From Armatimonadota bacterium (GTDB taxonomy: Bacteria; Armatimonadota; UBA5829; DTLH01), in assembly GCA_039679675.1 (NCBI GenBank), contig JBDKUN010000061.1, positions 1-25,561 of the forward strand: DNA of 25,561 nucleotides, read 5' to 3'. Below the pieces are notes generated by a model, which was given only the letters and a program-made list of their open reading frames with translations, had not been told where the DNA came from and did not search any database. A program made the position numbers and the translations under genes. Shown piece by piece: positions 17,053 through 25,535 of the stretch (position 1 is its first letter; each line of letters begins with the position of its first letter).

Positions 17053-18936
17053 TCAACTCTTCACAACTTCTTTCTGTTCCATGTTCCCTGTCAACTGTTC
17101 CCTTGCGGCTATAACGTCTTTGGCTATCTGGGCTTTCAGGGCCTCAAGGTCCTCAAACTTTACTTCATCACGCAGTCTACAATGAAATGCGGAAGCTATT
17201 TCCGCACCGTATATGTTACCCTCAAAGCCGTCTATATAAATCTCTATAGACCGTTCGTTAACGCCCAATGTCGGCCTCACGCCGATATTGCACACACCTG
17301 TCAGGTGCTTTCCTTCGAGGATGACTTCCACCGCGTAGACGCCGTTAGCCGGGACTATCTGCTTCGGCTCCACATCGATATTGGCGGTCGGGAACCCCAG
17401 TTTCCGGCCCAATCCCTGCCCTGAGACCACACGCCCGATCATGTTAAACGGATGACCCAGGAGCTTACCGGCAGACTCCACATCGCCCCGCTCAATGGCG
17501 TTTCGGACCCTGGTGCTGCTCACCTTCGAGCCATGCGCCACAATCGGCTCCACTGTTACTACCTTGAAGCCGCGTTCTTTGCCGAGTTCAGTCAGTTTGT
17601 CGATGTCTCCGGCGCGTTTTCGTCCGAATTTGAAGTTCGACCCGACTACGACCACGGCTGCATTAAGTTTTTTTACCAAAATCCGGTCTACGAACTCCTC
17701 AGGCGATAGATCAGCCAGGGCATGGTCGAAAGATGCGACTACAACCATATCCGCTCCGGCGTTTTCGATCAACTCTATCTTCTGATCGAGAGTCGTGATG
17801 TAAAGTGGCGCTCTGTCCGGCCCCAAAAGCTCCATCGGGTGCCTGTCGAATGTAAAAACGACTGCCGGTCCGTCTACTCGCTCTGCCTCGCTGCGCAGCA
17901 CGGAAAGAAGCGCCTGATGGCCGAGATGCACACCGTCGAACATCCCGATGCTGACCGCGGATTTCCCGATGCCCTCCGGCACGTTCTCCAAACCCCTTAT
18001 TACAGGGGACGGGGAAGGGGGAATGTGGGATGGTTTTGCTTCTACAAATACTTTTTCCGGTGTTATAAAACTCATTTGCTCTCTTGGGTGCAGCCTGCCT
18101 ACTGCAAGCAGGTCTCCTGACTCAGATTTCACTCGCACCAGCGTTCCTTCGGCTGCTGTAAGCTCTGCGGGGACTGCTCTGCCGTGAGAAATCATATCTT
18201 CCTGAAATTTATTGACTGTGACCTCAAAGAGATCAGAGAGTGCATCATCTGTAGGCAAAATATACTCTTCTGCCAGGCCCTCACTTGCGGCGCGTTCTAA
18301 AGTCGCGAGATCAATCGAATGATCGAGGCCGAACCTCCCTACACGCTTTCTTACGAGGCTCTGCATATATCCGCCGACCTCAAGCTTAGCGCCGATGTCA
18401 TGGCAGATAGTCCTGATATAAGTCCCGCTGGAACAGACTATGTCCAGCCCCACTACCGGGTGCTCACCCGGAATGAAGCTCGTGACCTCAATCTTGTGGA
18501 TAGTAATCTCTCTCGGCTTCCGTTCCACCTCGATATTCTTCCGCGCGAGTTCGTAGAGCCGCTTTCCCTCGTGCCTTACAGCAGAAACCATCGGAGGGAT
18601 TTGTAAAATACGGCCGGTAAACTGAGGCAAGACTGACTCGACCATCCCGCGGGTGATATGCGAAGCATCAGTGGAGGATGTTTCATCCCCTTCGGAGTCC
18701 TGTGTGACAGTAGCGCGGCTGAGTGCCATCTCTGCAGCATATTCTTTTTCCTGCCCGACGATGTACTCGACAATGCGGGTTGCCTTGCCTACGCAGACGA
18801 CGAGGACGCCGGTTGCAAGCGGATCGAGCGTTCCGGTATGCCCTACCCGTTTCTCTTTAAGAATCCGCCTTATCTTTGCTACTATGTCGTGAGATGTCGG
18901 CCCGGCAGGTTTGTTGATGTTCAGGATTCCATGCAT
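17053..18936 (-). CDS. truB-ribF: Fusion protein: tRNA pseudouridine(55) synthase TruB + bifunctional FAD synthetase/riboflavin kinase RibF
   Basis: aa 1-298 are TruB (NKPAGPTSHD, GHTGTLDPLATGVL, QIPPMVSA, CSSGTYIRT). Linker EAKPSHIPPSPSPV. aa ~313-627 are RibF (GMFDGVHLGHQ, VSSTRVR, GRKLGFPTAN, NIGVRPT, LRDEVKF). No stop codon between the two halves. Confidence 0.93.
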   Translation of the reverse strand: MHGILNINKPAGPTSHDIVAKIRRILKEKRVGHTGTLDPLATGVLVVCVGKATRIVEYIVGQEKEYAAEMALSRATVTQDSEGDETSSTDASHITRGMVESVLPQFTGRILQIPPMVSAVRHEGKRLYELARKNIEVERKPREITIHKIEVTSFIPGEHPVVGLDIVCSSGTYIRTICHDIGAKLEVGGYMQSLVRKRVGRFGLDHSIDLATLERAASEGLAEEYILPTDDALSDLFEVTVNKFQEDMISHGRAVPAELTAAEGTLVRVKSESGDLLAVGRLHPREQMSFITPEKVFVEAKPSHIPPSPSPVIRGLENVPEGIGKSAVSIGMFDGVHLGHQALLSVLRSEAERVDGPAVVFTFDRHPMELLGPDRAPLYITTLDQKIELIENAGADMVVVASFDHALADLSPEEFVDRILVKKLNAAVVVVGSNFKFGRKRAGDIDKLTELGKERGFKVVTVEPIVAHGSKVSSTRVRNAIERGDVESAGKLLGHPFNMIGRVVSGQGLGRKLGFPTANIDVEPKQIVPANGVYAVEVILEGKHLTGVCNIGVRPTLGVNERSIEIYIDGFEGNIYGAEIASAFHCRLRDEVKFEDLEALKAQIAKDVIAAREQLTGNMEQKEVVKS

Positions 18937-19907
18937 GCCCTGACCTCTGCAAGCACGGATTCCTCTGCTTCCTTGAGGCTCTTCCTTATGGTGCAGCCCG
19001 CCGCTGATGCGTGGCCGCCGCCGCCGAACTTACCGGCTACACGGTTGACATCCACTCCATCCCTGGAGCGGAGGCTTATTTGGATTACACCCGGCTCCAC
19101 TTCCCGGAAAAGCACCGCTGCCTTCGCGCCTTTTATGCCCCGGAGCTGGTTTACGATGCTTTCTGTATCGGCGTCCGTAGCGTTGTATTTCTTAAAATCC
19201 TGCTGTGTTATCCTTGACCAGACGATCTTGCCGTCATCGCTCACTTCGAACCCTGCAAGCACAACACCCAGCAAGCGGGCATTAACTAGAGAGCGGTTTT
19301 CGTAAATTTCCCTCGCTGCCTCACCGGGAGTTGCTCCGTCCATAGCGAGTCTGGACGCGATTTCAAGCGTTTCGCTCGTGACGTTCGAGAATCTGAACCC
19401 GCCGGTATCACCTACAAGCCCAGCCATAAGCTGCCGCGCAATGTTGAGGTCCGGCATAATATTGCAATCATGAAGCAGATGGAAGACTACCTCGGCAGTC
19501 GCTGCCGCCAGTGTGTCGGTGAGATAAATGGTCTCTTTCGCGCTGTCGAGCTTGCGTTCGGACGCATGGTGGTCTATGACGAGATAAGATTTGGAAGACT
19601 CTATCGCCTCACGCGATGCGCCGATGCGGTCCAAGCCATCAGAATCACAGATAATCCCGATGTCGAAGCCTCTCTCATCGGTGGCTGTAAGCACCGTATC
19701 TGCTTCGGGAAGATACTCACATGTCTCCGGGACACCACCGTCGGAAAGGACCACAACGCGCTTTCCCAAGAGCCGCAGACCCCTCGCGAGAGCAAGCGAG
19801 GAACCGATGCTGTCGGCATCCGGACGCACATGCGCGGCAATAGATATACTTTCGGCAGATTCGATCAGTTGCCTTACGGCTTCAAGATCACTCTTGCTTG
19901 GGCTCAT
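18921..19907 (-). CDS. nrnA: DHH/DHHA1 phosphoesterase (NrnA-like oligoribonuclease/pAp phosphatase)
   Basis: Motifs HVRPDADSIGS, IDHH, GDTGGFRF, SLRSR, FGGGGHASAAG. Canonical position between rbfA and truB, overlapping both. Confidence 0.9.
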   Translation of the reverse strand: MSPSKSDLEAVRQLIESAESISIAAHVRPDADSIGSSLALARGLRLLGKRVVVLSDGGVPETCEYLPEADTVLTATDERGFDIGIICDSDGLDRIGASREAIESSKSYLVIDHHASERKLDSAKETIYLTDTLAAATAEVVFHLLHDCNIMPDLNIARQLMAGLVGDTGGFRFSNVTSETLEIASRLAMDGATPGEAAREIYENRSLVNARLLGVVLAGFEVSDDGKIVWSRITQQDFKKYNATDADTESIVNQLRGIKGAKAAVLFREVEPGVIQISLRSRDGVDVNRVAGKFGGGGHASAAGCTIRKSLKEAEESVLAEVRACMES

Positions 19908-20244
19908 CTTTTTTCAGCTGCTCCAGTAGTTCAAAAATCCGAACGCCTCGATCTATGGACTCGTCAACCTTGAACTCAAGTTCAGGTGTGACTCTCATTC
20001 GTACCCGCTTGCCAAGCTCGCCTCTTATGAAACCGGCTGCACTCTTGAGCGCCTTCATACCGGTCTTTTTCTTCTCGTCATCGCCCATTATGCTGACGAA
20101 CACGCGGGCGTGCCGCAGGTCCGGGGTGATTTCGACATCCGTTATGGTGACAAAGCCGAGCCTTGGGTCCTGCATCTCTCGCTGCAGGATCTCGCTGATC
20201 TCGACCTTGAGCAGTTCTTCGACTCGCTCCTGACGCTGTGTCAT
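19888..20244 (-). CDS. rbfA: Ribosome-binding factor A
   Basis: Motifs DPRLGFVTITDV..TPDLRHARVFVS, AAGFIR, PELEF..DES. Confidence 0.98.
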   Translation of the reverse strand: MTQRQERVEELLKVEISEILQREMQDPRLGFVTITDVEITPDLRHARVFVSIMGDDEKKKTGMKALKSAAGFIRGELGKRVRMRVTPELEFKVDESIDRGVRIFELLEQLKKDEPKQE

Positions 20245-20247
20245 GAC

Positions 20248-20529
20248 TTACACAAACTCCAAATTCACGGCAGTTACGGATATGACAGGGTTGGATTCGA
20301 TGTAGTCCACAACCTTGTCCAGGATGCGGTTCGCCATAGCCCTGTCATTCGATACGCATGCCGCGCCTATAGTCGCCCGCCGCCAGGTGTCGTTGTCGCC
20401 AACCTCCGCAACGGAGACATTAAACTTATTTCTGATGTTTTCCAGGATACTTTTCAGCACTTGCCTCTTGTCTTTAAGAGAATTTGCACCCGGAATCATC
20501 ATCGTAACTGTCAATATACCGATTATCAT
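20248..20529 (-). CDS. ylxP: DUF503 family protein (YlxP-like)
   Basis: Signature SLKDKRQVLKSI......KFNVSVAEV...D.W, in its usual position before rbfA. Confidence 0.93.
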   Translation of the reverse strand: MIIGILTVTMMIPGANSLKDKRQVLKSILENIRNKFNVSVAEVGDNDTWRRATIGAACVSNDRAMANRILDKVVDYIESNPVISVTAVNLEFV

Positions 20530-20608
20530 ATATGTTAGTACTACGCAATACCACTAAATATACTGAAAACACTCAGATGGCACTTCGCTTACGTTATTGT
20601 TATATCTT

Positions 20609-21583
20609 CTAGCCTTGTTTCAGCCTCTCCTGCGTTTTATCTCTTGCTTCAGATATTGTACCGCACGTCAACAAAAGATCAAGCGAAGCCCACACACGGC
20701 CTGATGCGTATATCTTGCCAGTTTTCACTACGCGCATAGGACGTATAGCGGGACCAAGTTGATAAAGGGCATAAGGCTTATCTTCAATATTAACTTCCGG
20801 AACCAGTTCGCTTAGGCTAGGTACTATCTCATAAGATTCCACATGATGAATGCTGTGCAACTGACCACGGTACCTAAAAGCTATGTAGTTAGGCGGTTCT
20901 TTAGGCCATCCACACTCACCATAAGGATGGAAATAGCAACCTTTCTTCTCAACATAGTCTATTGGTAGAATGCTTGACCACTTAGCCTTGTTGACTTGCA
21001 CTGCTACTACATAAACCATGTTCGACGTTTGATCTTGCATTTTTATCAGCATTCCTAAATATTTACTGAACTCCCTAAGGAGCCATTTTTCTACATGATT
21101 GCCGGTACCAGCTGATTTTTCCGCAAGTAGAATAATCTCCTTCCAGCTGCGATGCATCACTGGAACAGGAAACCCCTCAACAATTTGCTTCAGTCGTGGT
21201 TCTGCATAATTGGCAGAGCATTCCGATGCTACAACAAGAGCATTCTCACAGCCTATTTTACAGATAAACTTCTCTGCATATTTCTCTAGCTGTTCTTTCG
21301 ATGGCAGATTCCAACCGCGCTTAGCTTCGATTATAACATGAGTCTTTTCAGTAAATATCTCGACATCGGTATATCCACCATCCTTGGGGTTATAATCTTG
21401 TAGGTTCACCTTCTCAGCTGGTCCGAAGTCGAAACCAGGAAAGATATCCTCCATCATGCAGCTAAGAAACGATTTGCTACGAGACATTACCCACCCCAAA
21501 CTGTAGGTAATGTCATTTTCATTCTTACCAAGCAGGTCGAAGATCGTTTCCAGTTTTCGGCTGTGAAGGAACAGGTCTGTCAT
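20609..21583 (-). CDS. Hypothetical protein with N-terminal PD-(D/E)XK-like nuclease motifs and an unassigned C-terminal domain
   Basis: 324-aa ORF with E22 (ENDIT), D73 (TD), E86-A-K88 (IIEAK), Q98xxxY102 and a later SW motif. Visibly more AT-rich than its neighbours. Confidence 0.7.
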   Translation of the reverse strand: MTDLFLHSRKLETIFDLLGKNENDITYSLGWVMSRSKSFLSCMMEDIFPGFDFGPAEKVNLQDYNPKDGGYTDVEIFTEKTHVIIEAKRGWNLPSKEQLEKYAEKFICKIGCENALVVASECSANYAEPRLKQIVEGFPVPVMHRSWKEIILLAEKSAGTGNHVEKWLLREFSKYLGMLIKMQDQTSNMVYVVAVQVNKAKWSSILPIDYVEKKGCYFHPYGECGWPKEPPNYIAFRYRGQLHSIHHVESYEIVPSLSELVPEVNIEDKPYALYQLGPAIRPMRVVKTGKIYASGRVWASLDLLLTCGTISEARDKTQERLKQG

Positions 21584-21657
21584 GCCCTACCACACAAGTT
21601 AAAGGTTGATTTCACTCCTGAATTACCGTAGATATGCAATTTTGTAGTTTCATAAGC

Positions 21658-21687
21658 AGAAGGACAGTTTTTAAAGGACTGCCCTCT
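21658..21687 (-). terminator. Imperfect hairpin just after the infB stop codon
   Basis: Minus strand reads AGAGGGCAGT-CCTTTAAAA-ACTGTCCTTCT (one bulge, one G-U pair). The U-tract is weak. Confidence 0.4.
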
Positions 21688-21690
21688 TTT

Positions 21691-23628
21691 TTAGATCGCT
21701 CGCGCTATCCGGCGCTGGGTGAACGCATCTATAATATCGCCTTCTTGCCAGTCGTTATAACCATCGACGGCGATACCGCATTCGAAACCGGCTGCCATCT
21801 CCTTAACGTCGTCTTTGATGTGCTTCAGTGTGTCCACTTTGGCTTCTTTTATGACTTCGTTGTTGCGGATAACACGAATTTCGGCGTTTCTAGTTATCTT
21901 GCCTTCAGTAACATAGCATCCGGCAACGACACCGACCTTCGGAACCCTGAATGTCGCTCTGACCTCGGCCTTACCGAGCGGAACTTCCTCGTAAACAGGC
22001 TCCAGAAGCCCGCCCATAGCAGCTCTCACGTCGTTTATCAGTTCGTATATGACGTTATAGGTCCTGACCTCGACATGCTCCACTTCGGCAAGGTCTGTCG
22101 TCCTTGTGTCGACTTTTACATTGAACCCGATCACGATTGCGTTCGATGCGGCTGCAAGAAGCACATCAGACTCGGTCACATTGCCGACAGCCGAGTGGAT
22201 TATATTGACCCGGACTTCTTCGTGCTCAATCCCTTCAAGTGACTGCCTCACAGCTTCCTCGGAACCCTGAACGTCGGCCTTGAGGACGATATTCAGTTCT
22301 TTGACGGTGCCTTCCTTGACCTGTCTGAACAAGTCTTCGAGCGTCAATCTGCTTTCGACAGCCATTTTTTCGGCGCGCTCTGCAGCTTCCCGCTTTTCGG
22401 CAATCTGTCTGGCCTCTTTGTCGTCCTTTGCTGAAACCAGTGTATCACCAGCAAGCGGCGGATGAGACAGACCGGATATCTCTACCGGAGTTGCCGGACC
22501 GGCTTTGAAGACCCGCTCGCCGTTTTCGTCGAGCATAGCCTTGATCTTGCCGTGGGCTGTTCCCGCAACGACAGCAGACCCTACTTTGAGTGTGCCCTTC
22601 TGGACAAGAACTGTAGCAACAGGCCCCTTACCCTTGTCGACCTTCGCTTCGATGATCGTACCTTCGACATCCTTCGCAGATGCTGGCGCGGTGAGCTCCT
22701 GCATATCGGCTACAAGCAGGATCATCTCAAGGAGTTCATCGATGTGCTGCCCCTGCTTCGCGGAGATCTCGACCATGATCGTGTCGCCGCCCCAGGCTTC
22801 CGGCATAAGGCCATGCTCCATGAGCTGCTGCTTGGTACGGTCTACGTTCGCGTCAGCCTTATCGATCTTGTTGATTGCAACGATGATCGGAACATCTGCT
22901 GCGCGGGCATGGTGGATCGCTTCGATGGTCTGCGGCATCACAGCGTCGTCTGCTGCGACTACGAGGACGGCTATATCCGTAACGCCGGCTCCACGGGCGC
23001 GCATCGCCGTAAATGCTTCGTGACCAGGTGTATCGAGGAATGTAATCTTTCTTTCTTTGATCACAACCTGATAAGCACCTATGTGCTGTGTAATACCACC
23101 GAATTCACCAGCGGTAACATTCGTCCGCCGGATCTTGTCGAGCAGCGTAGTCTTACCGTGGTCTACATGGCCAAGAATGGTCACTACCGGCGGCCTCGGA
23201 ACGGTCTTGCCAGCGCTTTTGGACTTCGGTTTCGGCGCAGCCTGAGATTTCTTGGCGTCTTTCTGATCTTTGCTTTTCTTTCCAGCTACAACTTTAAAGC
23301 CGAATTTTTCAGCTATCTTAGCCGCGATTTCCGTATCGATACCCTGGTTAAGGCTCGCAAGGACACCCATCTCCACCAGACGCCTCTGGACATCTCCCGT
23401 ATCGGCATTCATGGCTTCCGCAAGTTCACGAACGGTAATCGCCTGGCCCATCTCAATCGTACGGCTGCTGTCCTTGTTGATTATATCTTTGACGAGAGCA
23501 GCTGTTTCCTGGTCTACCAGGCTGGATGGCCCGTCGATCTCGACCCCAAGGTCCCGCAAAGCGGAAAGCAGAGGACCAGTAGCTATACCCATATCCTTTG
23601 CGAGTTCGGAAACTTTAATATTCTTCAT
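21691..23628 (-). CDS. infB: Translation initiation factor IF-2
   Basis: Motifs [58 protein letters not shown] 23628 ([11 protein letters not shown]) follows GGAGGTGA, giving 645 aa. Confidence 0.99.
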   Translation of the reverse strand: MKNIKVSELAKDMGIATGPLLSALRDLGVEIDGPSSLVDQETAALVKDIINKDSSRTIEMGQAITVRELAEAMNADTGDVQRRLVEMGVLASLNQGIDTEIAAKIAEKFGFKVVAGKKSKDQKDAKKSQAAPKPKSKSAGKTVPRPPVVTILGHVDHGKTTLLDKIRRTNVTAGEFGGITQHIGAYQVVIKERKITFLDTPGHEAFTAMRARGAGVTDIAVLVVAADDAVMPQTIEAIHHARAADVPIIVAINKIDKADANVDRTKQQLMEHGLMPEAWGGDTIMVEISAKQGQHIDELLEMILLVADMQELTAPASAKDVEGTIIEAKVDKGKGPVATVLVQKGTLKVGSAVVAGTAHGKIKAMLDENGERVFKAGPATPVEISGLSHPPLAGDTLVSAKDDKEARQIAEKREAAERAEKMAVESRLTLEDLFRQVKEGTVKELNIVLKADVQGSEEAVRQSLEGIEHEEVRVNIIHSAVGNVTESDVLLAAASNAIVIGFNVKVDTRTTDLAEVEHVEVRTYNVIYELINDVRAAMGGLLEPVYEEVPLGKAEVRATFRVPKVGVVAGCYVTEGKITRNAEIRVIRNNEVIKEAKVDTLKHIKDDVKEMAAGFECGIAVDGYNDWQEGDIIDAFTQRRIARAI

Positions 23629-23863
23629 AAAGGTCTTCTCACCTCCTACGGTCCCTACAACAGAACCGTTCAGCGTATAACAAGCGGATGCTGCAAAAGA
23701 GAAGTGCTGAAAAAACGGATCGCCTGCCCGGGCGGCAGCGTGAGGAAAGGGGGAATCTGGCGGCAAACCGCCGAAGAGAATACCAAACGCCAAATCTCAG
23801 CGTAATCCTGGCTCGCATTATCGAGCCGTTATGCTCTTCGTTTCAGTGTTCCATATATTTCCC

Positions 23864-24148
23864 CTACCGTCCGTTTGCTTTCTCGTTCTCCTGCACGGTC
23901 CTCTTGAGATTATCAATCAATTCAGCAGGCACTACCGTGTGAAGCGCCCGCTCAAATCTTTTTTTCGTTATTGCTGCAGCCAAACACTTCTCACTGCGGC
24001 AGATATATGCACCCCGTCCGGGTTTCTTTCCGGTCGGGTCTATAGTAACTTCACCAGCCGAACTTTTAACTACTCTCAGCAGTTCTTTTTTGTCATCGGA
24101 CGACCTGCAGGCAATGCATGTCCTTATCGGCCGTTTATCTGAACTCAT
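23864..24148 (-). CDS. ylxR: YlxR/RnpM (DUF448) RNA-binding protein
   Basis: Motifs P.RTCIACR, K.ELLRVV, GRGAYIC..C. ATG 24148 gives 94 aa. Confidence 0.95.
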   Translation of the reverse strand: MSSDKRPIRTCIACRSSDDKKELLRVVKSSAGEVTIDPTGKKPGRGAYICRSEKCLAAAITKKRFERALHTVVPAELIDNLKRTVQENEKANGR

Positions 24149-24179
24149 AACTCTCAGCTCCGATTCAGTGGAGCTTTTA

Positions 24180-25316
24180 TTATTCCTCTTTAGGTTCGTC
24201 CTGTCCTGATTCGAGCTCGCTTGCGGAACCTTGAACATCCGTTTCACCAGATTCCTCGTCCACTTCAGCTGTCAAAATCGCCTTTGCAAGCTGTGACTCG
24301 CTTCGGATGTCTATTCTCCAGCCCGTCAACCTTGCTGCAAGCCTTACATTCTGGCCGGACTTGCCGATGGCAAGCGAAAGCTGGCTATCAGGAACGACCA
24401 CAAGCGCCGTTTTGGCCGACTCATCGGCCTTGACGGACATAGCCTTGGCCGGACTCAGACTCTCGGCAATAAACTTGGAAGGGTCTTCATTCCACCGAAC
24501 AATATCTATCTTCTCGTCGTAGAGCTCGTTTACAACCGCCTGAACCCTCGTCCCGCGGTGGCCAACGCATGCTCCGACCGGATCAATCTTGTCGTCTGTT
24601 GAAGAAACGGCGATCTTCGTCCTTGCGCCTGCTTCACGGGCGACGGATTTGATCGTCACTATCCCCTCGACAATTTCAGGGACTTCCAGTTCGAAAAGTC
24701 TTCTGATAAGTGTCGGATGAGTGCGCGAAACCACGACCTGAGGACCTCTCGGCGTTCGCCTGACCTCAAGCATATAGACTTTCAGCCGGTCTCCGAACCT
24801 GTACGGCTCCGTAGGCACCTGCTCCGCAGGCGGCAGGAGCGCTTCTACTTTACCAAGATTGATAAAGACGTTGCGTTGTTCCTTGCGCTGAACAGTACCA
24901 GTAACAACCTCACCTATACGGTCGCCGAAATCCTCGTAGATCTTCTCTCTCTCCGCCTCGCGTATCCGCTGAACGACGACCTGTTTTGCCGTCTGGGCAG
25001 CGATACGGCCAAAGTTTTCAGGAGTGACCTCGATTTCTATACTATTGCCTACGACTGCGTCAGGATTGTGCTTCCGGGCTTCGTCGACAGTTATTTCCGT
25101 ATGATCATTTCTAACTTCTTCTACTACATCTTTCTGGCAGTAGACCTTGAAGCCTGATTTCGCCAAGGTTACTCTGACCCTGATATCCCCTGTGGCGGCA
25201 TAATTCTTTTTGTACGCCGTCTCGAGCGCTGACTCGATAGTCGTGAGGAGCACCTCAAGCGGTATCTCTTTTTCTTTTTCTATCTGCCGAAGCGCATCTA
25301 GGAAGTCCTGGTTCAT
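24180..25316 (-). CDS. nusA: Transcription termination/antitermination factor NusA
   Basis: Motifs FGRIAAQTAKQV, LFELEVPEI, REAGARTKIAV, GACVG.RG.RV, SLAIGK.GQNVRLAARLTGW.IDI. ATG 25316 follows AAAGGTG. Confidence 0.99.
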   Translation of the reverse strand: MNQDFLDALRQIEKEKEIPLEVLLTTIESALETAYKKNYAATGDIRVRVTLAKSGFKVYCQKDVVEEVRNDHTEITVDEARKHNPDAVVGNSIEIEVTPENFGRIAAQTAKQVVVQRIREAEREKIYEDFGDRIGEVVTGTVQRKEQRNVFINLGKVEALLPPAEQVPTEPYRFGDRLKVYMLEVRRTPRGPQVVVSRTHPTLIRRLFELEVPEIVEGIVTIKSVAREAGARTKIAVSSTDDKIDPVGACVGHRGTRVQAVVNELYDEKIDIVRWNEDPSKFIAESLSPAKAMSVKADESAKTALVVVPDSQLSLAIGKSGQNVRLAARLTGWRIDIRSESQLAKAILTAEVDEESGETDVQGSASELESGQDEPKEE

Positions 25317-25340
25317 GACACCTTTCTCCCGAACTTGCTT

Positions 25341-25375
25341 AAACGAATAAAGAGTGGGCGTGCAACCCACTCTTT
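25341..25375 (-). promoter_or_regulatory. rimP-leader-type premature terminator hairpin
   Basis: Minus strand reads AAAGAGTGGG-TTGCACG-CCCACTCTTT-ATTCGTTT, between the promoter and the nusA RBS. It resembles the AAGAGTGGG..CCCACTCTT hairpin known upstream of rimP-nusA operons. Confidence 0.72.
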
Positions 25376-25400
25376 CATGTGCACCTATATAACAATACGT

Positions 25401-25429
25401 AGTATATCATACGAGGCGCTTCATTGCAA
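25401..25429 (-). promoter_or_regulatory. Sigma70-type promoter of the nusA operon
   Basis: TTGCAA (25429-25424), 17 nt, TATACT (25406-25401), with a TGn extended -10. Confidence 0.78.
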
Positions 25430-25482
25430 CTTTTCGCGTTGCCTCACGATAGAAATCACCGAAATCGATTCGTTGCCTCATT

Positions 25483-25509
25483 TAAAAATGTTACCGAAAT
25501 AGCCGATGT
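25483..25509 (+). promoter_or_regulatory. Sigma28 (FliA/SigD)-like promoter
   Basis: TAAA (25483-25486), 15 nt, GCCGATGT (25502-25509), upstream of AGGAGG (25522-25527). Confidence 0.55.
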
Positions 25510-25535
25510 GCTTCTCGTATTAGGAGGAGCACTGA

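Noticed and set aside
16776..17114. 112-aa plus-strand ORF across the REP/hairpin cluster
   Set aside because: No RBS or protein motif; it overlaps the rpsO promoter and the ribF end, and the palindromes explain the region better.
23629..23793. ORF-track N-terminal extensions of infB (23793), nusA (25370), ylxR (24247), rpsO (16809) and HI0933 (3480)
   Set aside because: Downstream starts have better RBS context and match the family N-termini; the extensions run through hairpins, promoters or the upstream gene.
23755..23800. GGCAAACC...GAAGA...ACGCCAAA resembling a c-di-GMP-I riboswitch, and a nearby GAGGAAAG resembling RNase P RNA
   Set aside because: The pairing arm after the GAAA-like loop is missing and the strand is opposite to infB. 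GAGGAAAG lacks the following TCC and the other RNase P elements.
22462..23805. 447-aa plus-strand ORF, and similar antisense ORFs over ftsZ, ftsA, dapB, pnp and truB
   Set aside because: They lie antisense to conserved genes and show no recognisable motifs; typical shadow ORFs arising from codon bias.
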